From an uncultured virus (IMG/VR IMGVR_UViG_3300005336_000021) (taxonomy: Duplodnaviria > Heunggongvirae > Uroviricota > Caudoviricetes): 64,000 nt of DNA. The notes under the pieces are model-generated. The model was not told the origin of the DNA and did no database searches. It was given only the letters and a program-made list of their open reading frames with translations. The position numbers were made by a program, and so were the translations under genes. The stretch is taken from IMG/VR virus record IMGVR_UViG_3300005336_000021; one strand, written 5' to 3'. This document shows, piece by piece, positions 9,371-18,714 of the stretch (its first letter is position 1; every line of letters begins with the position of its first letter).

Positions 9371-9556
9371 ATGTATAACATAACAGCACAGCAAATTGAA
9401 GCCGAGAAGAAACTCAAAAAGGAAGGATTCCGATTCTCGAATTGGATCTCCGCGCAAGAAGAAAACCCCGAACTGGGGTGCATGGTTATGAAACGAAAGC
9501 CGAACAAGTTCACGACAGAGTATCGCGAGATTTCGCCAGACGGGAGCGTGAACTGA
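9371..9556 (+). CDS. Hypothetical protein
   Basis: Packed ORF. Confidence 0.6.
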   Translation: MYNITAQQIEAEKKLKKEGFRFSNWISAQEENPELGCMVMKRKPNKFTTEYREISPDGSVN

Positions 9557-9564
9557 CTCAGATT

Positions 9565-9607
9565 CGGCACACAACCTGCTTATTTAATATCAGTTGCAAT
9601 AATGCAA
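9565..9607 (+). promoter_or_regulatory. sigma54-type promoter 3 + palindrome
   Basis: CGGCACACAACCTGCT 9565-9580; TTGCAataaTGCAA 9594-9607. Confidence 0.65.
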
Positions 9608-9617
9608 AACGACAAAC

Positions 9618-9821
9618 ATGAAAATCATCATCAAAGTAGGTAAGGATCACTTCGTCAAGGAGTATGACGTCCTTAAGGATGCGGTGATATTCACTCGTAA
9701 CGAAAGTGAAGCACTCGTGTTCAAATCCGAGGCAAGCGTCAACCACTGGCTCGACCAATATGCCAATTGTGGAACGGGTCTCAACTGGGGACAGGACATC
9801 AAACTGAGGAAGTTCGTATGA
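9618..9821 (+). CDS. Hypothetical protein
   Basis: AAAACGACAAACATG leader. Confidence 0.6.
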   Translation: MKIIIKVGKDHFVKEYDVLKDAVIFTRNESEALVFKSEASVNHWLDQYANCGTGLNWGQDIKLRKFV

Positions 9822-9991
9822 ACGAAGAATACCAAAAGGCTCTCGACCTGCTCGAACAAATCGAGCGCACCGCCAAGCGGGCCGCCGGGCTGACGAGCAA
9901 GGACACACCATCGCACGCACAAAAGATCCGGAATCTCAAACTGCTTGAGATTGTCGACTACTTGGAGAAACTGTGTGAAAAATCTGGCTAA
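9818..9991 (+). CDS. Hypothetical protein
   Basis: ATGA overlap. Confidence 0.55.
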   Translation: MNEEYQKALDLLEQIERTAKRAAGLTSKDTPSHAQKIRNLKLLEIVDYLEKLCEKSG

Positions 9992-9995
9992 GAAT

Positions 9996-10292
9996 ATGAC
10001 AAAGATAAACGAAATCATCGAGAGGATGAAATGCTGCCGGCCCGAAGACAAACCGGCGCTGGAAGCGATCCCCGCACAGGACAGTGGGTGCATCAAATTC
10101 AATGACGACTTTGCAAACCGCGCAGCGGACCTGATACTGGGAGCTGACGCGGATCAATTTGAAGAATTGGTGAGGGCTTTAGCAGGATTTAGCGGCTTAT
10201 ATGCTACCGACTGCGGTGATGACGCCTATGCCCAAGCAGCCACGCACCTCTTCAAAGCAGCCACAGCACTACGTGGCAGGATGGGAAACTAG
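9996..10292 (+). CDS. Small helical protein (paralog of 7040-7240)
   Basis: QFEELVRA...GRMGN. Confidence 0.65.
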   Translation: MTKINEIIERMKCCRPEDKPALEAIPAQDSGCIKFNDDFANRAADLILGADADQFEELVRALAGFSGLYATDCGDDAYAQAATHLFKAATALRGRMGN

Positions 10293-10294
10293 AT

Positions 10295-10489
10295 ATGACA
10301 ACACAAGAGATAATTGAAAAGATTCTAACGATGTCCGCCGATGAAATTGAGGAAGTTCTCAAAGCGGTGATAGATGTCACCTCCGAAGCCGCCGGCGAGG
10401 CTGTTGATCCGCAAGACGGACAGGCATTTGGTGAATGCACGTTGGCACTGAGGAAAGCGATTAAACATTTGGAGAAACGAACCAAGTAA
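10295..10489 (+). CDS. Small helical protein
   Basis: Weakly similar to the 7040 family. Confidence 0.6.
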   Translation: MTTQEIIEKILTMSADEIEEVLKAVIDVTSEAAGEAVDPQDGQAFGECTLALRKAIKHLEKRTK

Positions 10490-10497
10490 GGACAAAA

Positions 10498-10797
10498 ATG
10501 ACAACGAAACAAATCAGAGAGGCACTAGATGGTGTGGTAGACACACTAGGCAAGAACAAGGCGGGAAACTACGTAGCACGCCGCGGATTCTTTTACACAA
10601 ACGGCGGCACGGCGGACAAGTTCGCCGAGGAAATCAAACGACAGATTCCGGCGGCTAACATCCTCAACACTTGGGAGAGGTGGACGGCGTTCAGGGGTGG
10701 TGCGAGCACTGCCAACCAGTCACACTGGGGAGTTGAATTTGAGGTATCTGAGATTTTGGTGGAGAGGTTCGACTCCACCAACAAAGCGGTATCCTAA
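10498..10797 (+). CDS. Hypothetical protein
   Basis: RRGFFYTNG...FRGGASTANQSHW motif. Confidence 0.65.
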   Translation: MTTKQIREALDGVVDTLGKNKAGNYVARRGFFYTNGGTADKFAEEIKRQIPAANILNTWERWTAFRGGASTANQSHWGVEFEVSEILVERFDSTNKAVS

Positions 10798-10859
10798 TCG
10801 ATGCCGCCTGCGGCGCTGGTTCCTTTGTCGTTTCCGGCGCCGCAGTAGGCAGGGATTAG
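10794..10859 (+). ncRNA. Structured intergenic RNA, loop antisense to the AAACGACAAA leader motif
   Basis: Stems CTAATC/GATTAG, TGCC/GGCA, CTGCGGCGCTGG/CCGGCGCCGCAG; loop contains TTTGTCGTTT (10824-10833). Confidence 0.45.
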
Positions 10860-10881
10860 CCTGTAACAAACCAAGAAAGAC

Positions 10882-11121
10882 ATGAAGACCAAGACGAAGA
10901 AAGTGCTCATACCAAAAGTCACATCAATTGGTGACTTGTTCCACCGTGCCGCAACAGATCCTCGCTATGCAGAGCTGGCGATGATCAGCGCGTCAAACCT
11001 CGGTGGAACCTGCAAGGACCTCAAAGAGGCAAGGCAATGGCTTAATTGCAATGCAATGGAGAGTGACAGCGAGCAGGGGGTGGTGGACGAGATCAACTTC
11101 TGCCGAGACCTTGTGAAGTAG
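10882..11121 (+). CDS. Hypothetical protein
   Basis: ORF after hairpin. Confidence 0.6.
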   Translation: MKTKTKKVLIPKVTSIGDLFHRAATDPRYAELAMISASNLGGTCKDLKEARQWLNCNAMESDSEQGVVDEINFCRDLVK

Positions 11122-11130
11122 TCAACCTGT

Positions 11131-11252
11131 TTTGCAACCGCAGTGCAAAACATTGCGGTTGCAAACACCACCAATGAATTCATTTGCAAAACCGCAATAA
11201 AACACGTTCGGCATGAATCTTGCTCATACAAACTAGCTTTGCAATTATGCAA
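11131..11252 (+). promoter_or_regulatory. sigma54-type promoter 4 with upstream inverted repeat and downstream palindrome
   Basis: TTTGCAACCGCA/TGCGGTTGCAAA 11131-11165; CGGCATGAATCTTGCT 11209-11224; TTGCAattaTGCAA 11239-11252. Confidence 0.75.
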
Positions 11253-11277
11253 GGCGAAAAACAGAAAGAAACGACAA

Positions 11278-11889
11278 ATGAGACGACGAAAATTAACACC
11301 GCAAGAGCAGGCAACTGAAAATGCCAATGCTCAAGCCCGCGCCAAGGAACGCGCCGCAGCAGAGGCCCAGCGCAAACTCGAACGAAGAGAGAGATGCGTG
11401 AAGGAAGTGAGCGAATTGATGGAGAAGGCGAGAATCCTCTCCAACTGGCCCTTGACCGAAGAAGGTGAAGAAGCCTCGAAAATCCAATACGTCATGAGAG
11501 ACATCGGCAGGACCTGGTTCGGTCTGCACGAAGAATTGATTGAACGTCAAGTCGAGTTCATGGCACGCCCCGCCAACTACTTCGAGTGGGCCGAGAAAGA
11601 CATGATAAATGCCTGCAAGCGAGAAATCCTTGACAGCATTCTCTACCTGCTCAGCGAAGAAGGTCAAGAAGGTCAAAACATCCAGCCTAGCTTGAGACTG
11701 GTAGATATCTTGTCCGAGATTGCCGAGAGACTAACAGATGCCCTACTCAACAATGAGGACCGGCCCACATCCACAAACGTGGCACATAACGCCACGATGA
11801 TTGCGAAGAAGGAAGCTCAATCCTACATGCTACGCTGGCACTTGAACGGTTGGCTGCGGCTGCTCAAACCCGTCTACAAAGTCACATGA
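11278..11889 (+). CDS. Hypothetical protein
   Basis: AAACGACAAATG leader. Confidence 0.65.
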   Translation: MRRRKLTPQEQATENANAQARAKERAAAEAQRKLERRERCVKEVSELMEKARILSNWPLTEEGEEASKIQYVMRDIGRTWFGLHEELIERQVEFMARPANYFEWAEKDMINACKREILDSILYLLSEEGQEGQNIQPSLRLVDILSEIAERLTDALLNNEDRPTSTNVAHNATMIAKKEAQSYMLRWHLNGWLRLLKPVYKVT

Positions 11890-12359
11890 AAATGGATTAC
11901 GAAGACCAGAAGACTCTCGCCAAGATCGCCCGAGACCGGCGATACGTGAGAGGCTGGGCCGGAGGAGACGATCATCCATTCCAAGGTCCTGATGGTTACT
12001 CAGGATATACGGTGACTGACGCCCGCTGTCACATGACTCGCATCAAGCAGCAGATCGAAGAGAAGTATGGAATCACTCACACTCCCTCACCTGCAACACT
12101 CAAGCGGCAGCAGGAGGAGTGGATACGGAACCGTGACAAGCGAGCGAAGATCGATGCGAAGGTGAGAGAGGCCTTCCCACTCCTGAAGAAAGCCTACCAC
12201 GTGATTTGTGTCAACCAATGGGATGGACGCAAAGCCATGAGGCGAATCGTGAAGCGAATGGGCTTCGAGAACATCAGCGCGGCTTGCGCCTACCGGGCCC
12301 AAGCCAACAAGCTGAAAGACAGACTCCTGAGAAAGGCCGGATTGAGAGTCCGTTGGTAG
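11886..12359 (+). CDS. Hypothetical basic protein
   Basis: ATGA overlap. Confidence 0.6.
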   Translation: MKMDYEDQKTLAKIARDRRYVRGWAGGDDHPFQGPDGYSGYTVTDARCHMTRIKQQIEEKYGITHTPSPATLKRQQEEWIRNRDKRAKIDAKVREAFPLLKKAYHVICVNQWDGRKAMRRIVKRMGFENISAACAYRAQANKLKDRLLRKAGLRVRW

Positions 12360-12382
12360 ATAATACAGAAAGGAAAACGACA

Positions 12383-13144
12383 ATGAAAGTATCTGACGAA
12401 ATCATAGAGAAGCTGACAAAGATTCTCAGGCTGGCGACCGACCGGGCCGCACAGCCTGGTGAGGTTGAGGCCGCGATGGCCAAAGCGCGAGAGATGGCAA
12501 TGCGTCACAGCATCGACCTCGCCTCGGTGAACCTGAACCCGGACACCAAGGTAGAAGGTGGGATCCAAGTTGAGAAGAACTCAACACTGAAGACACGATC
12601 GAAATACAAGCAACCCTACCACTACTGGGTCTTCGCCGTTCTCCAAGAAGTCTTCGAGGTGAAGGTTATCATCTCAGAATGCAGTGACTACAACGGCGGG
12701 AAGGTCATCAGTGCGATTCACATCATCGGCGAAGCATTAGACGTTGCCATTGCTTGCGCGATTTATCCTTTCCTTGAGAAGGTGTTCCCTGCTACGCTGT
12801 CACGCGCCGTATCGGCTGGCACGCTAACATACTGCGCCGCCCATACCAACGGATGCTACCGCGGAATCCATTGGGGCATCATCGAAGCGAACAGGCGAGA
12901 AAGGGAAAAGTTCAAACCCGAAGAGCAGCAGACCCTCGCAATGGTAGTCAGGAAGAAAGAAGAGGTTGTCCAGGCTGCGATGCACGAGATGTTCCCAGCT
13001 ATAAAGAAGCGCGAGGAGTTGGAGGCGAAGAAGAAAGAAGAAGGAAAGGAAAAGAAAGCTCGCAGGGTGCAGATGAGTTGGGAGGCTGTGAGCTACGGGC
13101 ACCAAGAAGGGAAAAAGATCAACCTCAAGCAGGTGAAATCATGA
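12383..13144 (+). CDS. DUF2786 domain protein
   Basis: IIEKLTKILRLA...EVEAAMAKAREMAMRHSID. Confidence 0.75.
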   Translation: MKVSDEIIEKLTKILRLATDRAAQPGEVEAAMAKAREMAMRHSIDLASVNLNPDTKVEGGIQVEKNSTLKTRSKYKQPYHYWVFAVLQEVFEVKVIISECSDYNGGKVISAIHIIGEALDVAIACAIYPFLEKVFPATLSRAVSAGTLTYCAAHTNGCYRGIHWGIIEANRREREKFKPEEQQTLAMVVRKKEEVVQAAMHEMFPAIKKREELEAKKKEEGKEKKARRVQMSWEAVSYGHQEGKKINLKQVKS

Positions 13145-13521
13145 AACAAGAAACTGAAATTGCTCTGTTTGAGAGGCTCTCAGAGCACCACAAGCTCGGC
13201 TCGTTCAAGGTGAGGAAGAACGAGAAAGAGTCAAATGAACTCCACACCTGGTGGGACATCGGCCCGCTGGACAAGGAAGGGAAACTGATCGAGACATTCT
13301 ACGTCGTCGAAGACAAGGGAGAGAAATGGTTCGAAGCATTCCTTTGGGTCCAATACCCAGGCAACCGCGATGAACCCCCAAGCATGGACGAGAAGAGAAT
13401 TGGAGATACCTATGCCTCCCTAGGCTGGGCTTTGCGCTCCATCCTCCTTGAAAACCTCAATCAATTCATCGAGGAAGGCAATGAAGAGGCCTACTACGCA
13501 GAGATAGAAAAGGACTTATGA
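13141..13521 (+). CDS. Hypothetical protein
   Basis: ATGA overlap. Confidence 0.6.
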   Translation: MKQETEIALFERLSEHHKLGSFKVRKNEKESNELHTWWDIGPLDKEGKLIETFYVVEDKGEKWFEAFLWVQYPGNRDEPPSMDEKRIGDTYASLGWALRSILLENLNQFIEEGNEEAYYAEIEKDL

Positions 13522-13820
13522 CATCGAAACAATTCTTCGACACGCTAGAGTTTCACGAGTATGAATTCGTCAAGTGGGAAGGTGTGGTAGAGGCCATTGT
13601 CGCCAAAGACGGGAAAGAATTCTCCGCGAGACAAGACACAGCCTACCACTTGGAGGGGCTGCCACAGTCTATCGTCATCCATTCTCTACCGCGCGAGAAC
13701 GAACCTGTGCCGCCCGTTCAGATCATCCAAGAGAAAGATTTCTTCAGACGAGGCATGCAACGTGCCGAATCTCCTTCAGTTCAGCCTCAGAAGCCTCACC
13801 AGGATCCTTCGCAGAGATAA
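13518..13820 (+). CDS. Hypothetical protein (3' end overlaps primase)
   Basis: ATGA overlap. Confidence 0.45.
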   Translation: MTSKQFFDTLEFHEYEFVKWEGVVEAIVAKDGKEFSARQDTAYHLEGLPQSIVIHSLPRENEPVPPVQIIQEKDFFRRGMQRAESPSVQPQKPHQDPSQR

Positions 13821-14613
13821 CCAGGTTAGTCGTTTCTCCTGGGAAGCACGCGAGTTGTTCACACAGCTCGCGTGCCTTGCTTTGTGCTTCCTTCGATGAG
13901 TCGAAGCAGATGAATCTCCGAGGGATCTGAGCGAGCTGCTTTACCTGCGCCGTGGTGAAGGTAGTCCCTAAAAGAGCTCCCGCTCCCGGCCCTATCTTCC
14001 AGACATCAACCGGGCCCTCTACGACGACGATGGTGTGAGTGCAGTAGTCTAGGCCGTAGATGAAATCTTTTGGATTCTGTGCCATCTCTGCGGGAGCCGA
14101 GATGTATCTCAACGAGACACGATTACCTATCGCCCGAGTCGTCCAGCTGACAAGAACCCCACGATAGGTGATAGGGATGAAAAGTCTCCAAGATAGTTTC
14201 GCTGCGAGCGCGATTCCTCTTACTCCCCACACCTGAGAGATCTCTTCAGGATCCAACCCACGAGAACGCAAATATCTCTTGTGCGGACCGCCGATCGGCA
14301 CGATCCCGGCAGGTTCCTGCGTTGAGATTCGCGTTCTCTCGCGTTTGATTGCTGGTCCTGCGTGCTTATACTGTGCAAGTAGAGAGAACGCAATCTGACG
14401 TGGAATGCCCAAGGCCTCTAAGGTCTGCCAAGCCGAGTGACCTCCGCAGCGCCAGCAATTACACCACTTCGTCTGGAGATTCCAACCTAGGTGGTAATTC
14501 GTGCTCAAGCAGAAGGGACATCGCTGGATCTGTAACCAACCAGGTCTCGCATGATGATGACCAGATTTGAGATGGCTGATGCCTAAGTCGTCTAGAATCT
14601 CTTCAATTGTCAT
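13744..14613 (-). CDS. DNA primase (Zn finger + TOPRIM)
   Basis: CPFC..HLG..CNCWRCG; VVVEGPVDV; ICFDS; KDPG. Confidence 0.85.
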   Translation of the reverse strand: MTIEEILDDLGISHLKSGHHHARPGWLQIQRCPFCLSTNYHLGWNLQTKWCNCWRCGGHSAWQTLEALGIPRQIAFSLLAQYKHAGPAIKRERTRISTQEPAGIVPIGGPHKRYLRSRGLDPEEISQVWGVRGIALAAKLSWRLFIPITYRGVLVSWTTRAIGNRVSLRYISAPAEMAQNPKDFIYGLDYCTHTIVVVEGPVDVWKIGPGAGALLGTTFTTAQVKQLAQIPRRFICFDSSKEAQSKARELCEQLACFPGETTNLVISAKDPGEASEAELKEIRHVACLV

Positions 14614-14825
14614 AAAGGAATAGGCCCGGGAAGGTCAAGTTATGCAAAACCCCTTCCCGGGCCCAACCCGGAGGATGACAGGTGTGATACCGAGACCCGT
14701 CATCTCCAAGACTATTATCTTCATGTGCTACACTTTGCAATGCGTCCACGTTGCATTATTATATCTGCAAACGAGACGGTGAGCGACACTCATTGACTCT
14801 CAATGCTTCTTACGCTGAATGAAAT

Positions 14826-14867
14826 CGGCATGAATCTTGCTCATAAAAGTCAGTTGCAAACATGCAA
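14826..14867 (+). promoter_or_regulatory. sigma54-type promoter 5 + palindrome
   Basis: CGGCATGAATCTTGCT 14826-14841; TTGCAaacaTGCAA 14854-14867. Confidence 0.75.
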
Positions 14868-14894
14868 AACAAAACGACATAGAAAAGAAAAGAT

Positions 14895-15335
14895 ATGCCA
14901 AAGAATCGACAAACCACTTGCACCTGGAAGGACTGGTGCGCCGGAACCACAAGCGACGGAACCAAAGCTGTCGCCGGTCCGTTCAGAGTCATCAACGGAA
15001 AGCACTACGAAGGTGAAATTTACGGGAAAGAGTTCAAGAACAGCGACGAAGCCTTCGCCGAGATGCACGCTCGCGGCTACACCCAAATCTACTACCCACG
15101 AAGCAGCGTCGTAGAGGGATGCTTCAAGGGGCTCGAGTGCCAAGAGCGACAAGCGAAGTTCGACGCACTCTACCGGCTGTGGAAGTGGCGCAAGCGAAAC
15201 GGGTATTGCGCTCATTGCACCGACCTCCTGGAGAAGGAAATCGTCAAGCTCGCCGAGAAGGTCGGCATCTTCCACCCTTGCACGAAACAGTTCAGGAAGG
15301 AAAAACCGATCAAGGGAAGGACGAAGAAGGTATGA
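14895..15335 (+). CDS. Hypothetical protein
   Basis: After promoter 5. Confidence 0.6.
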   Translation: MPKNRQTTCTWKDWCAGTTSDGTKAVAGPFRVINGKHYEGEIYGKEFKNSDEAFAEMHARGYTQIYYPRSSVVEGCFKGLECQERQAKFDALYRLWKWRKRNGYCAHCTDLLEKEIVKLAEKVGIFHPCTKQFRKEKPIKGRTKKV

Positions 15336-15559
15336 ACATCTACACAATCACCGTCCACGCGGTGGGTTACACGACAGTCCAGTTCGACGTCACAGCCCGC
15401 AGCCTAGCAGAAGCTCGCAAGCAAGAATACAATGCGGTTTCCATGTGGCTGAAAGAAAATGACGTTGATGAAGACACACGAGGGTTGGCGTTCGTCAAAA
15501 CAACACGGTGGAAGGGGCCCATCGCCGGAGCCATCCGCAGCGGCCACATCACTCGATGA
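15332..15559 (+). CDS. Hypothetical protein
   Basis: ATGA overlap. Confidence 0.6.
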   Translation: MNIYTITVHAVGYTTVQFDVTARSLAEARKQEYNAVSMWLKENDVDEDTRGLAFVKTTRWKGPIAGAIRSGHITR

Positions 15560-15777
15560 AAACAGGAGAACGAATTTGGAAGCTATACGGTTCCTACGAG
15601 TGCGTAGTGAAGGTGAAGGGGGCTCTTTACCGAACCCATTCAGCCTTCTGTCAAAAAACCCTCGGTTACAAGCTCACCGGATCTTGGAATCCTCGCCGTC
15701 GTGGAATTGAGGATGGTCACCAACTGAGTGCTTGGCTTCAAAGCCTGCCGTGGTTGGAAGGAAAGGAATATAGATGA
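15556..15777 (+). CDS. Hypothetical protein
   Basis: ATGA overlap. Confidence 0.55.
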   Translation: MKTGERIWKLYGSYECVVKVKGALYRTHSAFCQKTLGYKLTGSWNPRRRGIEDGHQLSAWLQSLPWLEGKEYR

Positions 15778-16076
15778 ACCCTTTCTTCAACCCGGACGAC
15801 TGCCCGTTCGAGGTCTTAGGATTTAGGGAAGACCTGATGGACGCGGTGACGGGAGCGATGCTCGGCACGAGAGAGATCACCGAGCCGGATCGCCCGCTCG
15901 GATCAAATGGGATGAAAGAATATATCATCACCGAGACGATTGTGTTGATGAAAGGTCACAAAGAATTTACGTTGAAGGCGAGCCCACAGAGGCCTCGACG
16001 TGTAGTGGGAATGATTCAAATACTCTGCGGAAGAACCAAAAGGAAAAACGATGAAAGAAGAGAAAACATGGACTAA
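15774..16076 (+). CDS. Hypothetical protein
   Basis: ATGA overlap. Confidence 0.6.
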   Translation: MNPFFNPDDCPFEVLGFREDLMDAVTGAMLGTREITEPDRPLGSNGMKEYIITETIVLMKGHKEFTLKASPQRPRRVVGMIQILCGRTKRKNDERRENMD

Positions 16077-16623
16077 GAAGAGATTCGAGGTTCACCACAG
16101 TGGAGACAAGACCACCTGGTATCGGCTTGGTATGCTGGGATATCCCAACCTTCAAGATGCCAAAGTCGCCTACGAAAAAGCCAAGAAGGAATTCAGGTAT
16201 CTCCGGCTTGTCAAAGTAGAGCTGAACTACGAACTCCTCGAAACAGGAACCACAGCTGAGACCGGGCCAGAGAAGAGAGCGAAGATCGTCGCTCAAGCGC
16301 AGGCATTATTCAAAGACAGCCCGTCGGTTCACGTCTACGAAGGATCGTCAATCAGCTTTGGAGAGAAGGTTGAGATGAGTCCCTCCTACGTGATGGTCGA
16401 AGCGCGTCAGGACGTCCTTGCCGGTAAAGCACCAAAACGCATCAACTTCCCCAAAGATGATGCAGGCAAGGATGAATACATCAAACTCCATAAGGAGTGG
16501 GGAACCAAGGCTCACAACCTCGACGACATCCTTGCCGAAGAGATCAAGAAACGACTCACCGCAGCGGGTATCAGCTTCCGACACGGTAGGCAATACGGGT
16601 GGAACGTCTTCCGTCTCGCTTAA
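16051..16623 (+). CDS. Hypothetical protein
   Basis: Packed ORF. Confidence 0.6.
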   Translation: MKEEKTWTKKRFEVHHSGDKTTWYRLGMLGYPNLQDAKVAYEKAKKEFRYLRLVKVELNYELLETGTTAETGPEKRAKIVAQAQALFKDSPSVHVYEGSSISFGEKVEMSPSYVMVEARQDVLAGKAPKRINFPKDDAGKDEYIKLHKEWGTKAHNLDDILAEEIKKRLTAAGISFRHGRQYGWNVFRLA

Positions 16624-16632
16624 AAGAAACAC

Positions 16633-16660
16633 TTGCAAACCTAGTGGCCCACACTATACT
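16633..16660 (+). promoter_or_regulatory. sigma70-type promoter (TTGCAA-N16-TATACT)
   Basis: Directly upstream of the sigma-like gene. Confidence 0.5.
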
Positions 16661-16669
16661 CGATCTGTC

Positions 16670-17206
16670 ATGCAAAACCATATGAACCACATGCCTGCCG
16701 TCAATCCAGAAGAGGAATTTCCCAAGGTGGAAAAGATGCTTTACAACCTTGCTTGGAAATTCACAAACACCTACCCAATCGACTTCGAAGAGGCTAAGCG
16801 AGAGGCTTACTATGCCTTCGTCCGCGCCTGCTACGATTACAACCCTGCCCGAGAAACGAAGTTTTCGTCTTGGGCCTACACCTGGGTATGGTGCCACTTG
16901 AAGACTCTCATTACCAAGCGGACAACGGATCCGCTCACCTTCATCGAAGTGAAGGAGGAGATCTTCGGTGAAGCGGCTCCAGAGCGAAGCCCAACGCTGG
17001 ACATGATTGATGACTTGTCCGAGGACGCGAAGGAGATCATCGGGCTCTTGCTCGAGACACCAGGCGAGCTGATAGGCTCGAAGATGACGCCGCGTCAGTT
17101 CCTTTACAAAGTGAAGGAGATCCTGGTGCGTGGTGGCAAGCCCAAGGAAAGGGTCGACAAGGCCCACAAAGAGATTTGCGAGAAATTCCAAGCAGCCTGG
17201 GCATGA
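16670..17206 (+). CDS. Phage sigma-factor-like protein (region 2)
   Basis: MLYNLAWKF...DFEEAKREAYYAFVRACYDYNP..TKFSSWAYTWV. Confidence 0.7.
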   Translation: MQNHMNHMPAVNPEEEFPKVEKMLYNLAWKFTNTYPIDFEEAKREAYYAFVRACYDYNPARETKFSSWAYTWVWCHLKTLITKRTTDPLTFIEVKEEIFGEAAPERSPTLDMIDDLSEDAKEIIGLLLETPGELIGSKMTPRQFLYKVKEILVRGGKPKERVDKAHKEICEKFQAAWA

Positions 17207-17209
17207 CAA

Positions 17210-18568
17210 TTGAAAGAGACAAAACTTAGACCGTTTCAGATAGAAGGGGTCCAGCAGATCTACCACTTCAAAGGTCGCACTCTGCTGGCGGATGAAATGG
17301 GCCTGGGCAAGACGATCCAGGCACTCTACTGGGTGAAGAAGATCCCTAAGAGGAGACCTGTCGTCATCGTCACGCCGGCGAGTGTGAAATATGTCTGGCA
17401 GAGTGAGGCTGCTCTTCACTTCGGCATGAGAACCGAAGTCCTTGAAGGGCATCACAGAGGTGAGCGAACCCAACTCATCCCTGAAGAGATCATCATCGTC
17501 AACTACGACATTCTTCGCTCTTGGTTGCCGTCCTTGATGAAAGCCAAACCGCAGTGCGTGATCTTGGATGAGTGCCACTACATCAAGAACCCCAGTGCCA
17601 TGCGAACCAAAGCCGCGCTGAAGCTGGCGAAGAAGGCCTCTTCAGTGCTGGGCCTCAGCGGCACTCCCCTCACCAATCGGCCGATCGAATTGTGGACGAT
17701 CCTGAAAGCAATCAAACCTGATTTGTTCCCTTCCAGAGAAGAGTATGCTTGGCGCTATTGCAAGCCGAGATGGACGAGGTGGGGCTGGCTCTACGATGGT
17801 GCAGTAAGGATGCCAGAGCTCCACGCGATCTTGCGTCGATCTTGCATGATTCGACGCTTGAAAAAGGATGTCCTAGCAGAACTGCCCAATAAAACACGAT
17901 GCATGGTCCCCTTCAAGCTCAAGTCTTATGAAGAGTATGACCAAGCCGAGAACGACTTCCTGCTCTGGCTCAGACGAATCAGTCCACAGAGAGCGGTGCG
18001 AGCCAAGCGAGCCGAAGCACTAGCGAAGATGGGCTACCTGATACGACTCGCAGCAAGGTTGAAGCTGGTGTGGACCGAGCGTTGGATTGAAGAGTTCTAT
18101 GAATCCCATCCCGGCGAGAAACTCGTTGCGTTGACGTGCTGGACGTTCGTCATAGATCATTTGAAACAGAAGTTCGGCAATCGCGCCGTCATCATCGACG
18201 GTCGGGTGACTGGAAGGAAACGAGAGGAGACTCGTAGATGCTTTCAATCCAACCGAAGAGTCGATTTGCTTCTCGGCAACTGGCGAGCGGCAGGGGTAGG
18301 TATCACACTCACAGCGGCATCCAACGCGGCGGCACTGGACCTTCCATGGACACCAGGAGACTTGCTTCAGGGAGAAGATCGCATTCATCGCATTGGACAG
18401 AAGAAGAAGGTCATGATCCATTACCTGATGGCCTTGGACACCATCGAGGAGAAGCAAGTCACCATCCTTAAGAAGAAGACGAAGATTCTCGACGCGATCT
18501 TAGACGGCAAGAAATACACCGGTCAGTTGAATATGTTCGACGAGTTGATTGAAAGGATGGCCGCGTGA
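17210..18568 (+). CDS. SNF2-family helicase (SMARCAL1/HARP-like)
   Basis: LLADEMGLGKT, DECH, LSGTP, QGEDRIHRIGQ. Confidence 0.92.
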   Translation: MKETKLRPFQIEGVQQIYHFKGRTLLADEMGLGKTIQALYWVKKIPKRRPVVIVTPASVKYVWQSEAALHFGMRTEVLEGHHRGERTQLIPEEIIIVNYDILRSWLPSLMKAKPQCVILDECHYIKNPSAMRTKAALKLAKKASSVLGLSGTPLTNRPIELWTILKAIKPDLFPSREEYAWRYCKPRWTRWGWLYDGAVRMPELHAILRRSCMIRRLKKDVLAELPNKTRCMVPFKLKSYEEYDQAENDFLLWLRRISPQRAVRAKRAEALAKMGYLIRLAARLKLVWTERWIEEFYESHPGEKLVALTCWTFVIDHLKQKFGNRAVIIDGRVTGRKREETRRCFQSNRRVDLLLGNWRAAGVGITLTAASNAAALDLPWTPGDLLQGEDRIHRIGQKKKVMIHYLMALDTIEEKQVTILKKKTKILDAILDGKKYTGQLNMFDELIERMAA

Positions 18569-18714
18569 AGGATGTCCTCCTAGTTCAAGGTCTTCCAGAA
18601 GGGGTGAAGAGCTCATTCAAAGCCGCTTGCGCCCGGCGAGGCAAGACAATGAAATCTGTCATCTTGAAGCTCATGCAGGACTTTGTAAAGCGTCAGAAAG
18701 ATAATAACTCGTGA
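18565..18714 (+). CDS. Small ribbon-helix-helix (ParG/CopG-like) protein, not in ORF track
   Basis: VKDVLLVQGLPEGVKSSFKAACARRGKTMKSVILKLMQDFV; GTGA overlaps at both ends. Confidence 0.55.
   Translation: MKDVLLVQGLPEGVKSSFKAACARRGKTMKSVILKLMQDFVKRQKDNNS

Noticed and set aside
16571..17578. 335-aa minus-strand ORF
   Set aside because: Antisense shadow of the sigma-like and SNF2 genes; no motifs
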